Positions 25,096-36,551 of a stretch of 64,000 nt of DNA are shown piece by piece. Position 1 is the first letter of the stretch, and the number at the start of each line of letters is the position of its first letter. The notes beneath the pieces are model-generated. The model was not told the DNA's origin and searched no databases. It worked only from the letters and a program-made list of their open reading frames with translations. The translations under genes were made by a program, and so were the position numbers. This stretch comes from Tubiluchus corallicola (taxonomy: Eukaryota > Animalia > Priapulida): assembly GCA_030141605.1 (NCBI GenBank), contig JAQGDQ010000152.1, forward strand, positions 124,001-188,000, given 5' to 3'.

Positions 25096-26675
25096 GTAAG
25101 TGTTAAAGAGAGGATTTCATTCTTGCACGAGCTGTTCTATAAAATGCGTTAAATCACTCAACATTTTGTTATTACGTACGTGACCTGTAGGACCAATTAG
25201 GCAATCTTTGAGCTGACTAACGTGTTATTTCCTAATATGGCATTCACATTGAAGGTTTTGTTGTCAACATTGTACAGCAGCTATGCTTGCATTTTTCATT
25301 GAAATAAACTACAATTTTTTTACTTTGTTGTTATCAATTTTAGTGCAGATATTCATTGTGGATGCGCCCAGTCCAGGCAAAGAAACGGCAAAAATCAGTA
25401 TTGAACTGTGCGATAGACCTGCAATTTATTAAAATAACAGATCACAAAAAGTGCTTAAGAATGTGCTAAAGCTTATTACTATTTAGACAAAATGAAAAGT
25501 TAGATTTAAGAAGACTGAAACACAAATTATTACTTTATGATTCTAGAGATTTGGAGCAATTCTAACCAATTTAAGCTTTTAACTAATTATTAAACTAGAT
25601 GGTGACTTACATTTACTGGTGACAACTATGGCTTGAAAATACAACTAGTGACTGTTAAATTGTAACAAAATAGACAAAGCAATGCAAGTATCACCAAACT
25701 GCATGATCAGCATAGCGGCAACAGAAAATGTAACTACGTGTAAGAAACAAGTGTGATTGATAGGTGGCGTATACTACTAAAGCTTAGGTCACATGGCTAA
25801 GGCTGGCTTTGTTTTAAACACTTTCAGGAAATGCATGCTTGTAAAAATACGAAAAGAATACAAATAATTATAGAATGCTAGATTAAATTGCTTGACACCA
25901 ACATTCATTTATTACTTGTTATTTGTAGAGCGCATGACATTGGAGATCTCGATGTGCTTTACAATTATGTACACAGTCATTACAAAATTAATCATTCTTA
26001 AAATCATAAAATTATATAAATTGTAAACAGTGCTAAGCTTAAAAGATTTTAAAAGTTATCACAAAATTGAGTAATGTTCAGATAAGACTATAATTCGTAA
26101 TGCTGCCTAAAAAGTTGTCTATGTAAAATGTGAATTGTTTATCGTGACAAGGTGTCTGTGAAAAATTGCATGCACATTTCTGTAAAAATTAACTCTTTTG
26201 AGATGCTGCACAGGTAAAAGTGTTTCGCATGGTCACATCTATGTTCCCGGGATACAACTGTAAAATTTAGTCTCAAATGTGACGCGAGTCAAGAAAATTT
26301 CATTTCGAATCAAAGTAGAATGATATTTCATCACAAAATCGGTTGCTCGTTTACGTTGACCTCTGTTGAAAGCTGTCTCACACTTGTCATTTTCAGTTTC
26401 TCTTTATTTTTGAAGCATAAGTGCAGGAGTGGTGGTATCTGAGTACTGCAGCAAGGCAGTACTTGTGATGCTTTTGATGGTCTTATTGAAGCACATGGAA
26501 CAAAAATATTGAATCAATTATGCAGAATTATTTGAGTCAATTAGCAACAGTTTTTATATGCATTTAAATAGGAGCATCTCATACCAGGTGTTTTTGACTG
26601 AATAAAGCGACTGATTCTATTAATCGTGTCTTATGAACTGTGCCTACTGTATGAGAATTTGTATGCATTGGTTAG

Positions 26676-26771
26676 GTCCAAGCGGACGAGCAATGGTGCC
26701 AGTTTTACCTGATGGTGGAATTCACGTGACTGGAGTCTTTACCGCGCAGGAATTACTAAGGAGCGCAAATT
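26676..26771 (+). CDS. NFI: NFI exon 7 (SPSGRAMVPVLPDGGIHVTGVFTAQELLRSAN)
   Basis: gttag acceptor, gtaaga donor; matches the conserved NFI motif (V)TSGVFSVTELVR. Confidence 0.85.
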
Positions 26772-27359
26772 GTAAGAGATTCTGTCATTTAATTTAATAA
26801 CTTACATTATAATTGTGGTAATGGAAATCTTATTCTTTGTCATGTTTTGAACAAATTTATATCTATAATCTTAGTGAGCATATTTGTCGTTATTAATTTA
26901 AGATTTTTTATGAGCATCGGGGGGGGGGGGAGTTTATTGAAAAGGGAAGTAGAGCAGCTGATTCGATTGGTGGACTCGGTTGAAAACTTTCACATGAGCT
27001 TTATAATTTACGTTATGAACCTTAAAGAAGTGTTTGCACTTTCTTGTTGTTTATAAATGTGATTATGGCACTTTATCGTGGGCACTTTAACACAAAAATC
27101 TGTTGTGTTATGGAGTGAGTGCTATGTTGGGGTGTTGCTGTGCTTCTGTACCCACAGCGTTAGCACTGGATCCTGTTGTGGCTGTGATTCTATTTAACAG
27201 CATTGATGCTAGGCAAGTTTAATGCTTCTGTTCTGCATTATAGTGTTTTTTTAGTTACTTTAATACTGAGTTTATATTACGGCAGTGAACATTAGGGCAT
27301 CAGTGCGGATTTAAATTACCGGTAGTTCTGTGAATTTTACTCTAGGATTGGCATTGGCA

Positions 27360-27905
27360 TTAGCATTGGCGCTAGGTTGACGTATGCTCTATTTCTGTAT
27401 TATAGCATCGGTGCTATCTTGCATTAATGCTGCCTTTCTGTATTACAGCATTGGTGCTATCTTGCATTAATGCTGCATTTCTGTATTACAGCATTGGTGC
27501 TATCTTGCATTAATGCTGGGAATCTGTATTCCAGCATCAGTGCTGTATTGCGTTAATGCTATGAAATCTGTATTATAGCATTGGTGCTATGCTGCATTAA
27601 TGTTGTATTTCTGTATTGCTGCATTAGTGCTATATTGCATTCATGCTGTATTTCTGCATTACAGCATTGGTGCTATCTTGTATTAATGCTGTGAATTTGT
27701 ATTACAGCATTGATGCTATCTTGTATTAATGCTATGAATCTGTATTACAGCATTGGTGCTATCTTGTATTAATGCTATGAATCTGTGTTACAGCATTGGT
27801 GCTATCTTGTATTAATGCTATGAATCTGTGTTACAGCATTATTGCTACATTAATGTTACTGTTCAATATTACAGCTTCGGTGCTAGGCTACGTTAATGGA
27901 GTACC
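27360..27905 (+). repeat. 43-bp minisatellite (about 11-12 units) running into NFI exon 8
   Basis: Unit ctgtattacagcattggtgctatcttgcattaatgctgcattt; the real exon 8 junction looks like the last unit. Confidence 0.9.
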
Positions 27906-28000
27906 TCATTCTTCGGTGAAGTTGGAGAGATCTGTCCAACAAGATAGTCCTAATTTCCCTTCTGATCAACCGTTAGTGATAAATATTGGAGGAACGCCAA
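27875..28000 (+). CDS. NFI: NFI exon 8 (SSVLGYVNGVPHSSVKLERSVQQDSPNFPSDQPLVINIGGTP)
   Basis: ttacag acceptor, gtaagt donor, phase 1-1, 126 nt. Confidence 0.75.
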
Positions 28001-28052
28001 GTAAGTCATGCACAATTTCTACATCTTGTCGGTACGATGTCCAAGAAATATA

Positions 28053-28300
28053 CAGTAAGTCCTCGCTTAATGACTCCCCGTGTAACGACGTTTCGTTTTA
28101 ACGAAGCTGGACATTTGACACCTTTTTCTCACTTAATGGCGCATGTTTCGTTTCAATGACAATTTTTTTACCTTTCTCACAGCCATTTTTTATTTTATCA
28201 ACAATGTTTTTTACCTAGTTTAAAGCATTAAAACTGTACATATTTGTGTTATTCTGTTCTAAAAGTGCATTAGTAACCTAAACAGTGCAATTATTATAAT
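28053..28300 (-). mobile_element. Partial inverted copy of the pogo/Tigger-like MITE at 4885-5570
   Basis: ta-CAGTAAGTCCTCGCTTAATGAC start; sequence follows the reverse complement of about 5330-5570. Confidence 0.7.
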
Positions 28301-28415
28301 TCTACATACTAAATGTTGTTAACATTCAATTATAAATGTTAGATTGTTTTATTATGTAGCTTTTGCTGTGTACTGTTTGTTTTAACTTACATGCTTAAAT
28401 CTTTTACATCTGTTC

Positions 28416-28955
28416 TTAAAGGACCAGAAAAGGGGCACGTTTTCAGAGTAAGTTTCAGAAAATCGCCTTAAAACTTTATACTACTTTACAGCAATATTAA
28501 ATTATGACTCAAAAAACTTTCCGTGCAAATCTATATTACTTAGTACTCACCTGCTAAAAAGACTTGTGTAACTAAACTAATAATTTGAAATGTTTGTGCC
28601 AGTTGGTAAAATGTCGCTGACTCACCCTCCATGGTGCTCCATTCACTAGCCAAAAACATATTTTTAATCTTATTGACAAGATAGAGTAATTTAAAATTTT
28701 ACTTAATAACATGTGTGCTACGAATGCTCTGAATATTTTTTCAAACTTTACTTAATGTTTTCTAAACTTGTTTCGAGCGACCTACGATTAAGATGGCTGC
28801 GCCTAACGGTCATTGCGGGAGTTTAAATTTACACGTTTTATACAACGTTACGGCCGACGCACGCCATGCATACAAAAGCTAGTATGTAAGTGGTATAAAA
28901 TTTCCAGATGAATTTTTTAAGCTTAGTGTAAGTGCAGGGTTTTCTTGTACTTTAA
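28416..28955. mobile_element. TTAA-flanked MITE, family B, copy 1 (inserted in the NFI exon 9 acceptor)
   Basis: TTAA at 28416-28419 and 28952-28955; TIRs AGGACCAGAAAA and TTTTCTTGTACT (10/12 inverted match); interior homologous to 63603-64000. Confidence 0.75.
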
Positions 28956-28956
28956 G

Positions 28957-29166
28957 GTTCGGGACAGCGTTACTCGCTCCCACACAGCAGTCCCCCGGTG
29001 AAACGACGTCGCACGACGACCGTCGGTTCCATGTCTAGCGTTGATGACGACATTCGTAGCACGCACAGCGTCGGCGACGAGGAGCCAGACCGGAGGAGCT
29101 TCTACGGTAAATCACCGACCAGCGTGGGAAGCCATTCCAGCTGGCATAGCGAAGCCGGTGAACATG
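28957..29166 (+). CDS. NFI: NFI exon 9 (SSGQRYSLPHSSPPVKRRRTTTVGSMSSVDDD...FYGKSPTSVGSHSSWHSE)
   Basis: tttaag acceptor, gtaaac donor; basic KRRR (NLS-like) cluster and an NFI-type SPxS...SWH segment. Confidence 0.85.
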
Positions 29167-29891
29167 GTAAACTTTTGCGTGATTTTGAACATTATGCGAT
29201 ATAATTTGTTTGAGGCCAACATGTTAATGTTTTTATACACTCCTGGACAGGGGCATATTAACCAATAGGCTAACTAGGTTATAGCCTAGAGTGCCAAGAT
29301 TCTTATTCTCCTCGTAAAATGTGTATACTTTCATATTCATGCGAAGGACACATTTTCTAACACACCACAGGCAGTTAACGATCATAGCTTTTATATAAGT
29401 GCCGCATAACGAACAGATGCAAGATATTACGCAACAAACAGTTGCGCAGTCTGCTTGAATATAAGCACTATGCAAATACATAACATGAAATTAATAATGA
29501 CCACATAGAAATTAGGCTAATAGTGTTTCTAATACACAACAAGTAATTGTCTAATCTGCTCATTACATAAACAAGTATAAATTCACAATAAAAATGAGCA
29601 GAACAATAGAACTATCGGCATAGGGCGTTGTGAAGTCTTGTTACGCTCGTGCTCCTGGGTTAACAAATAATTTGATTGAAACATTTTTCTTGTTCATGAG
29701 GTCAGTAGCAGAAGGGGGAAGGGAATGTGACTCATAACCAAACATGACTGTCACTGCCTTGCTCACCGTGTTCTTCGTAACAAATAACAGGCTTCTCTGG
29801 CTAGTTCACTGCTCACAAGTTTCCAGCTTATCAGGCCATTTTGATGGAATTAAACAGTGTCATTTGCAGTATAAACATATTTCATTTACAG

Positions 29892-30092
29892 TGCAAGGAG
29901 TAAACAGTCCGGCTGGAATGCCCTCTCCGCACGTAGCACAATCTAGATTAGTCAAACACGAGATGCAGACATCGGGGCAGGGTCCTTGTTACGAAGCTCC
30001 GACAAGAGTGGACGGATCGGCTAGAGTCATTGCATCGTCTACGTCTCCTCCTGTGCGAGAAACGGTACTAGAACGTTGCAGTATTCGTAAAA
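29892..30092 (+). CDS. NFI: NFI exon 10 (VQGVNSPAGMPSPHVAQSRLVKHE...)
   Basis: ttacag acceptor, gtaagt donor, phase 1-1, 201 nt. Confidence 0.8.
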
Positions 30093-31417
30093 GTAAGTAC
30101 CCGACTGGTTTTGTATTAATTTCTAGCAACCTAAATTAAGGTGAAGTATTCTTTGATTTATTTAAAACACGAACATTTTTCGCCAACTAAAATGTGTCTA
30201 CAAAATATATTTTTGCATGTCTTAATACTTGTTCTGAATCCTTGTATAGTGAATGCCATGCATGCACAGAGCGAGATAGCTAGCCTGCATATAGAACAAT
30301 ATTTCAAAAGTGTAAGAGCTGTTTTTGTCATACGATCGAATCAAGTTTTTTTTATAACGTGGCACCCATAGTTTGCCTCACAGTTTACTCAAAAGTTTAG
30401 CAATCTCCATGTGCAGGCATAATATTTAAATCTCAGGTATAGTGTTACATCTTTTTGCTGAACTTTGTAAGGTAATGACATAGTTGTTATGCTGAGATTT
30501 GGAACACCATGGTGAATATTATTCAGAAAATCAAATATCAGGGTGTCTAAAAAGCTGTGTAAATCCATGTCGTACCTTGTTTAAAAATCAGTGTCAGCTG
30601 TTTCTGAAGTCCAGTGAAAATGTGTTTCGTAAAAATACATGTTTTTGTAGTTATTAAAATGTAACTGAGCATTATATTAGGCTGATGGTCGCATGAAGTT
30701 TTTGATAATCCTGTTATTGTGTTGTTTTGTAATGGTTCTCTTCCAGCAAAAATACTAATGGTAAAAATACACTGAACTGCATGTTTAGAGTTAAAGTCTG
30801 TTTATTTTAAGATAATCACTTTTCTGTTTTAACTATTCCAATCATAACACTTTGATAAGAGGTATGAATGATAACAGATAACTTCTTCCAATTAGCCAAA
30901 CTTTGAAGCCGTTTAAAGCCTGTTTCACCAAAAACAAGAGTACACGAAAGACAGAGTGTTTACAAAGTGACTGTCCAAAAGTTACTGCCTCTGTGTGAGC
31001 TTTTTCATTACCTTTTTTAAACAGCAAACCGCTTCACTGAATCAGGAGAGTTTTTTAACTAGGGGTGACATTAATGAGGTACCGCTTGGCACAAGCAGTT
31101 ACTAAGTCAATGTCCTAGTGGCGATAGTTTGTACAAAACAAAAAGCAGGAAATACTTCAGCAACAAACAGAGAAATCAATAACCCTATAAGATGTAGCAT
31201 CAGATGAAACAAGACGGCTTAGATAACATTCACACGCAGTAGAAGTCATCAAGCATATACTCAAATAAAGTGTGAGATATCTCATGTCATTAAGCAGAGA
31301 TGATCCCCATCACTTGCAGAATTTCGACCGTCCTGTAAAGCAAATGCATCTGCCTGATTTGTAGTTGCATTTTGTATTATTTCGAATTATTTAACAATTG
31401 TCGTTTTATAATTGCAG

Positions 31418-31638
31418 TGTCTGTTCTCCAGCAGCAATTACAGCAGCAGCAACAGCATCAGCAACAACAACAACAACAACAACAGCAGCAGCAGCAGCAG
31501 CAACAACATCAGAGTCCTGCACAGCTTCCTCACTATTACGAACCAGCCAGAAACGAACCCGGCAATCATGACATTGGTGTGCTAAGAGATTTTGTCAATG
31601 TGGCATGCCAAGAAGAACGCACCGATGTTTGTAATCAG
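31418..31638 (+). CDS. NFI: NFI exon 11 (polyQ tract and LRDFVNVACQE)
   Basis: ttgcag acceptor, gttggt donor; LRDFVNVAC resembles vertebrate NFI LKEFVQLVC. Confidence 0.85.
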
Positions 31639-32178
31639 GTTGGTATTTTATTAAGTATTCTTATTACTTTTTTCTTTTAACATAGAGAACTGTTTGGTAA
31701 TAATACGTGTTATGTTGTGCATTTTAACTCCGACGGGAGTTGAATGATACCGACTGGTTAGTTCACTGGTTTGTTTCGTCGGTTGTCCTCCCGTGCGCGT
31801 TTTTGCTGATACTTTTTGTTTACACACCTTTTCATTATTTTTCTTGCATTTTAGGACCGCGAAAGAGCGTCGAATAGTAGCGAACAGCACATGCATTTGA
31901 TCAATAATAGTTCAAAGGTGGACGGACGGGTAAATAATCATTTCATAATTTACTACTGTTAAATATACAGCCATACAGCAAGCGTGCACTCGATACTAGG
32001 TGATGCCATTTTATCATAGTGTGCCAGAAGAAATTAACGACTATTGTTGTGCAATGAAACCCCATGGCCCATACAAGATTTTCAAGAGCTTTTTCTCTGA
32101 AATTTTTAATTGTCGGTTATTTGAAAAATATTGGCAGCAATCTTCACCCTTAGCCGAGCATGGCGTTTTTATATTGTA

Positions 32179-32380
32179 GGTTTTACAAGTCAAATGTAGA
32201 CACAGGACATTTGACTTGACATGCTTCTACATTTGATTTACCAAAAGCGCTTAAGATTTGTTGAAAATCATTGTTAACACATTTGAACTAACTAAGTCTA
32301 CATTTGAGTCACCGAGACACATTTGAATTACCTAAATCTACATTTGAGTTAACGCAGGTCTACATTTGACATGTAAAACC
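32179..32380. mobile_element. 202-bp TA-flanked MITE with 23-bp TIRs and internal ACATTTGA repeats
   Basis: GGTTTTACAAGTCAAATGTAGAC ... GTCTACATTTGACATGTAAAACC (22/23 inverted match), TA on both sides. Confidence 0.75.
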
Positions 32381-33473
32381 TATACAATAAAGACCAAGCA
32401 GGGTAAGAAATTACCCCATGGAAATCATGCTTAATATATGTTTCAAACTGGACAGAATGACCAACTAGCAATCGAGGTACCCCCTCTAGTGCAAAAACAA
32501 ATTCTGAGTCAAGTTCTCGTAGATATATGAGGTAGGAAGAATACAAAGAAGCGTTCCACCACTGCAATATATTGCTTATGCTATATTGTTTTTGCATGAT
32601 TTATCAAGTCTTGTGACATAATAGACTAGTGATGTTCACTGTTTAATTCCGAGAAATCCACTTCATCTTCACTTACTGGATTTTCTAAAATTCCGTCTTC
32701 ATCAGCCTCAACCTTAGTCACCTGTATAGCAAAAGTTGCCGCCATTTTACAAAATGAAAAATGACCACAAATTTCATATGAAATTTCATCAGCAGGTCGT
32801 TAGAAAAATCACTTTGCAGAACTGCTGGCTGCAATTGGAAGTTTGCAGTACTTCTTGGTTGCCAAGGTAAACACAATGGTGTTGCCAGAAAGAAAAATAC
32901 CACTATGTAAACTCAAAGAACTTGCTTGTGTAACAGACCAAGAGGGATAGCAAGTTACCCCACATCAGGTAGCATCCGACACTCGTGCTTTATAAAAACG
33001 CATGAATAATAGTTTTCAACAAAAACAAGTTGTGGTTGCATAACAAATTGAAAAATATTTAATAACTACTAATTTGATAATTTGCGTCAATATACAAATG
33101 TGAACAAACACAGCCTGGGTAATTTTTCCCTCAGTTTCGTCAGCTAAGGGTTAATTTTAAATTTTTTGTGGAAAAATAAAAAAATTACCATCTTTCGTAT
33201 TCTGTAATTTAGCAAGTACCATTTGTCTGTTTCACTATGTGTGTTGACAAATGTTTCTTGTTTTTGTTTATTTTATGTTGTTTTTTTATTTTTTTTCAAT
33301 AAGCATAGTAAATTTAGTTGAAAGCGTTTTAGAAAGTGGCATCTCTACATCAAATTTTACTAGATCTAATACAGATGTATTCATTTTTTATGTACAAATG
33401 CGAAATAATATTTATAGAAAGAATTAGTACTATCAAGAACTAGTTACTGTCAATATAGCACTGTCAATTTCGT

Positions 33474-33960
33474 CGTTACCAAGATCAAAAAAAGTTTGAA
33501 AACTTCATTCCTAAATTCATATTAAAGATTAAGCTTGTATAGTATGTGACGCATGTTCAGATTCACGGTAAGTGATAAAATGGCCCATTGTTTACTTCTG
33601 TTCATAAATGTTGATATATTTTTGTGATGTCCTAATAGCAATCTCATATTTATTCTCATTCACATCATTTCACTAACCTGATCCTACTAATTCTCATCTC
33701 CTGCGCTCACCACTATCATTCCATCATTTTTTACCTTCCCTTTCTTGCACTCTAACACCAGCACCATTAATTGCATTATAGTCACACAAGTCACGCTTCT
33801 GACTATAATGCAAGCAACAATTTATATAGATATCATGCCATGTCAATTTTATTATGAAATCAATGTAATTATGCATAAAATAATATCATAATGTATATTG
33901 CTATATAGTATTGTTGTTTGGTGTTTTCGTAATAGAAATAAAAAATAAATAAAAATTAAA
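33474..33960 (+). mobile_element. L2/Crack-type LINE 3' end (ORF2 C-terminus, 3' UTR hairpin, A-rich tail), copy 1
   Basis: Encodes KKSLKTSFLNSY*; 14-bp stem ttgcattatagtca/tgactataatgcaa; aataaa-rich tail; highly similar copy at 52996-53476. Confidence 0.65.
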
Positions 33961-34077
33961 TCTGTTTTAATAAATCTTGTAGTGCAAAATATGTCAGATT
34001 TTATTCAGTAATTTGAAGCAAATCTGCATTAAAGGACCGAATGTCTGAATAAATCTTGTTATTTGTTCTCATTTTAG

Positions 34078-34504
34078 TCAAATTCACCCCGTTCGTCAAA
34101 GCTGGCACAGTTTTATCCGGACATGTTGCCTCCACCGCCACCCCGACAAGCAATGGCACGCCCTGTTGCCATCATACGCTCGACCCCGGACCTGAGAACG
34201 TCGCCATTTGAAGACCAGGCGGAGCAACCCGGCGGCAAGACGGAGGCAACATCTGCGACATCCGAGCCTGAGAAAACTGCTTCTCCTCTGCCGCCGCCGC
34301 CATCACAGTCCTCATCGAAATATGATTCGCCGAAGAAGGATCAGTTTCCTCCGGTTTCACATGAACAGCATTCTCCGCCCCCTGTAGCCACACCCACGCA
34401 GGCTGCCAAGTACGTGTATAATGATGTGATGCAGAGTATGCTTAGATGGTACATGCCAATAACACAGGAGCCTACATCACCCACTGGTGTGCCTTCTGGG
34501 TCAA
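34078..34504 (+). CDS. NFI: NFI exon 12, proline-rich region (MLPPPPPRQAMARPV...EPTSPTGVPSGS)
   Basis: ttttag acceptor; MLPPPPP..MARPV as in NFI activation domains; the gtatgt donor at 34505 gives the phase required by the next exon. Confidence 0.8.
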
Positions 34505-34692
34505 GTATGTTCACTTGTTCATATTTAACACCAGTGAAATTTGTCTAGAATGATAACACTCGGCCGGAACAGTGGTTTTCCAATTTTCTGGGACAGGAAT
34601 GCTTCCTGAATTGCTTTAGTTTTTTGTTACTTCTTGATGACTGTGCTTGTGGTCTTTGACATTTACTGAATTGTTCTTTCATGCTAAAACTG

Positions 34693-35303
34693 AAGGTTAC
34701 AAAAATACTGATTGCTCAATGTTTCACACACATAGATTGACAAAATCTAGTCTGAGGTTATAAAAATACTGATTCCTCAATGTTTCACACACATAGATTG
34801 ACAAAATCTAGTCTGAGGTTATAAAAATACTGATTCCTCAATGTTTCACACACATAGATTGACAAAATCGTGTCTGAGGTTATAAAAATACTGATTCCTC
34901 AATGTTTCACACACATAGATTGACAAAATCGAGTCTGAGGTTACAAAAATACTGATTCCTCAATGTTTCACACACATAGATTGACAAAATCGTGTCTGAG
35001 GTTATAAAAATACTGATTCCTCAATGTTTCACACACATAGATTGACAAAATCGAGTCTGAGGTTCCAAAAATACTGATTCCTCAATGTTTCACACACATA
35101 GATTGACAAAATCTAGTCTGAGGTTACAAAAATACTGATTCCTCAATGTTTCACACACATAGATTGACAAAATCTAGTCTGAGGTTACAAAAATACTGAT
35201 TCCTCAATGTTTCACACACATAGATTGACAAAATCGAGTCTCAGGTTATAAAAATACTGATTCCTCAATGTTTCACACACATAGATTGACAAAATCGAGT
35301 CTG
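34693..35303. repeat. 61-bp minisatellite x10
   Basis: ggttataaaaatactgattcctcaatgtttcacacacatagattgacaaaatc(t/g)agtctga, near-perfect copies. Confidence 0.95.
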
Positions 35304-35552
35304 TTGTGCTTATGTAGACATGCTGACTATGACTGCAAACAAAACAGTAAAAAACTTTTAAATCCAGCTGCTCAGCTATGCCTCCATTAAGCTTTTACAT
35401 TCATTTTGTTCGAAAATAAATGTTGGTAAAATGGTGTGTGTCTAACGATTTTTGTCGTTAGGTTAGCTAAAACCAATGAACATGGTCAGAGCACTTCAAA
35501 AAAGTTGATTTTGAGAGGCTGTCATTAACAAAAATTTTTTTTATTACTTCAG

Positions 35553-35665
35553 TTACCACTACAAGTCCGGGAACGCCGCCATTTAGTCGAACGGTCATGT
35601 CCAGTCCATTTGGGACAATCGGCCGAGAAGTTGGTTTCGTTCACATACATCCCCAGCCTTCCGGT
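35553..35665 (+). CDS. NFI: NFI exon 13 (ITTTSPGTPPFSRTVMSSPFGTIGREVGFVHIHPQPSG)
   Basis: cttcag acceptor, gtaagt donor, phase 1-0. Confidence 0.78.
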
Positions 35666-36322
35666 GTAAGTTTTTACTTGTACATTATTAGTTGTGTTTA
35701 TGATCACTAGGTGGCAGAACTAGTAGTTGAATGAATGTGATACCTTCTGGAGGATGACTGTAAAGATGCTGATTTTCATGCCTTTGTACATTTTCATATT
35801 AAGTTGTTAAAATAACTCTAAAATTGTTATTTGCTTATTCTTTATTGGGTTGTTTAAAATTTGTTGGCGTATTAGACAGATTCCGTACTACCGATTTGAT
35901 ATTTCTAAAAAGACTAAAGATTCATGTTTAGAAGGTATTCAGTGAAAATTTTAAACTTGCACAGTAGTAAAGGTATACAATTGTAAAATGTGTGTCAAGA
36001 ATATGCTGGTTTCAAAAATATCCTCTTCCAAGCATTGAAATGCATCTATAGCACTCGAATTTGACTTAAAAAGAATCAAGTACCATCTTTGTGTGTGTTA
36101 AGCTAAAATATTTCATGATTTTTTGTGAACACTAATTTAGAATTATTAATTAAAGTAGACAGTACACTGCATTGTAGTAAATTAAAAGTAATTTGCTGTA
36201 CTGCGTAACTTTAACAACAATCTTTATTTTTGCTCAGGTTAACCAACTGTGCCAATTTTCCAAGTTGTGTTTTTGCATTTTTTATATCAATTGAACACAA
36301 CAATGTTTATTTTTCATTTCAG

Positions 36323-36551
36323 GTTTTCACATACCCCAGTATCAGTCCAATGCCTTTATCCGCCATGAGTGGTGTTATCAGCCCAACTACGATCAGCTTG
36401 TTTACGTCTCCCGTTACAACGCCTCGTACCACGCCTCGTTCCACCCCCATACCGCGCTGGACGCAACCTTTCATCACGATGGAGGAGGTAGATTACGCTT
36501 TTATGGCGGGGTTGATACCGCCCGGAGCAGAAGAGGCATTACTTACCGAAG
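36323..36551 (+). CDS. NFI: NFI exon 14 (VFTYPSISPMP...SPVTTPRTTPRSTPIPRW...)
   Basis: tttcag acceptor, gtatgt donor, phase 0-1; S/T-P rich. Confidence 0.82.

Noticed and set aside
32390-32600. Minus ORF containing ILQWWN as a hAT transposase remnant
   Set aside because: Only a few residues resemble the motif and no further conserved blocks could be aligned by eye.
34693-35350. 61-bp array as a CRISPR array or as an array of NFI micro-exons
   Set aside because: No spacers. Units have a branch-like tactgat and a catag, but the following donors (gttata, gttaca, gtaaaa) are weak and the phase-1 reading hits TGA immediately.
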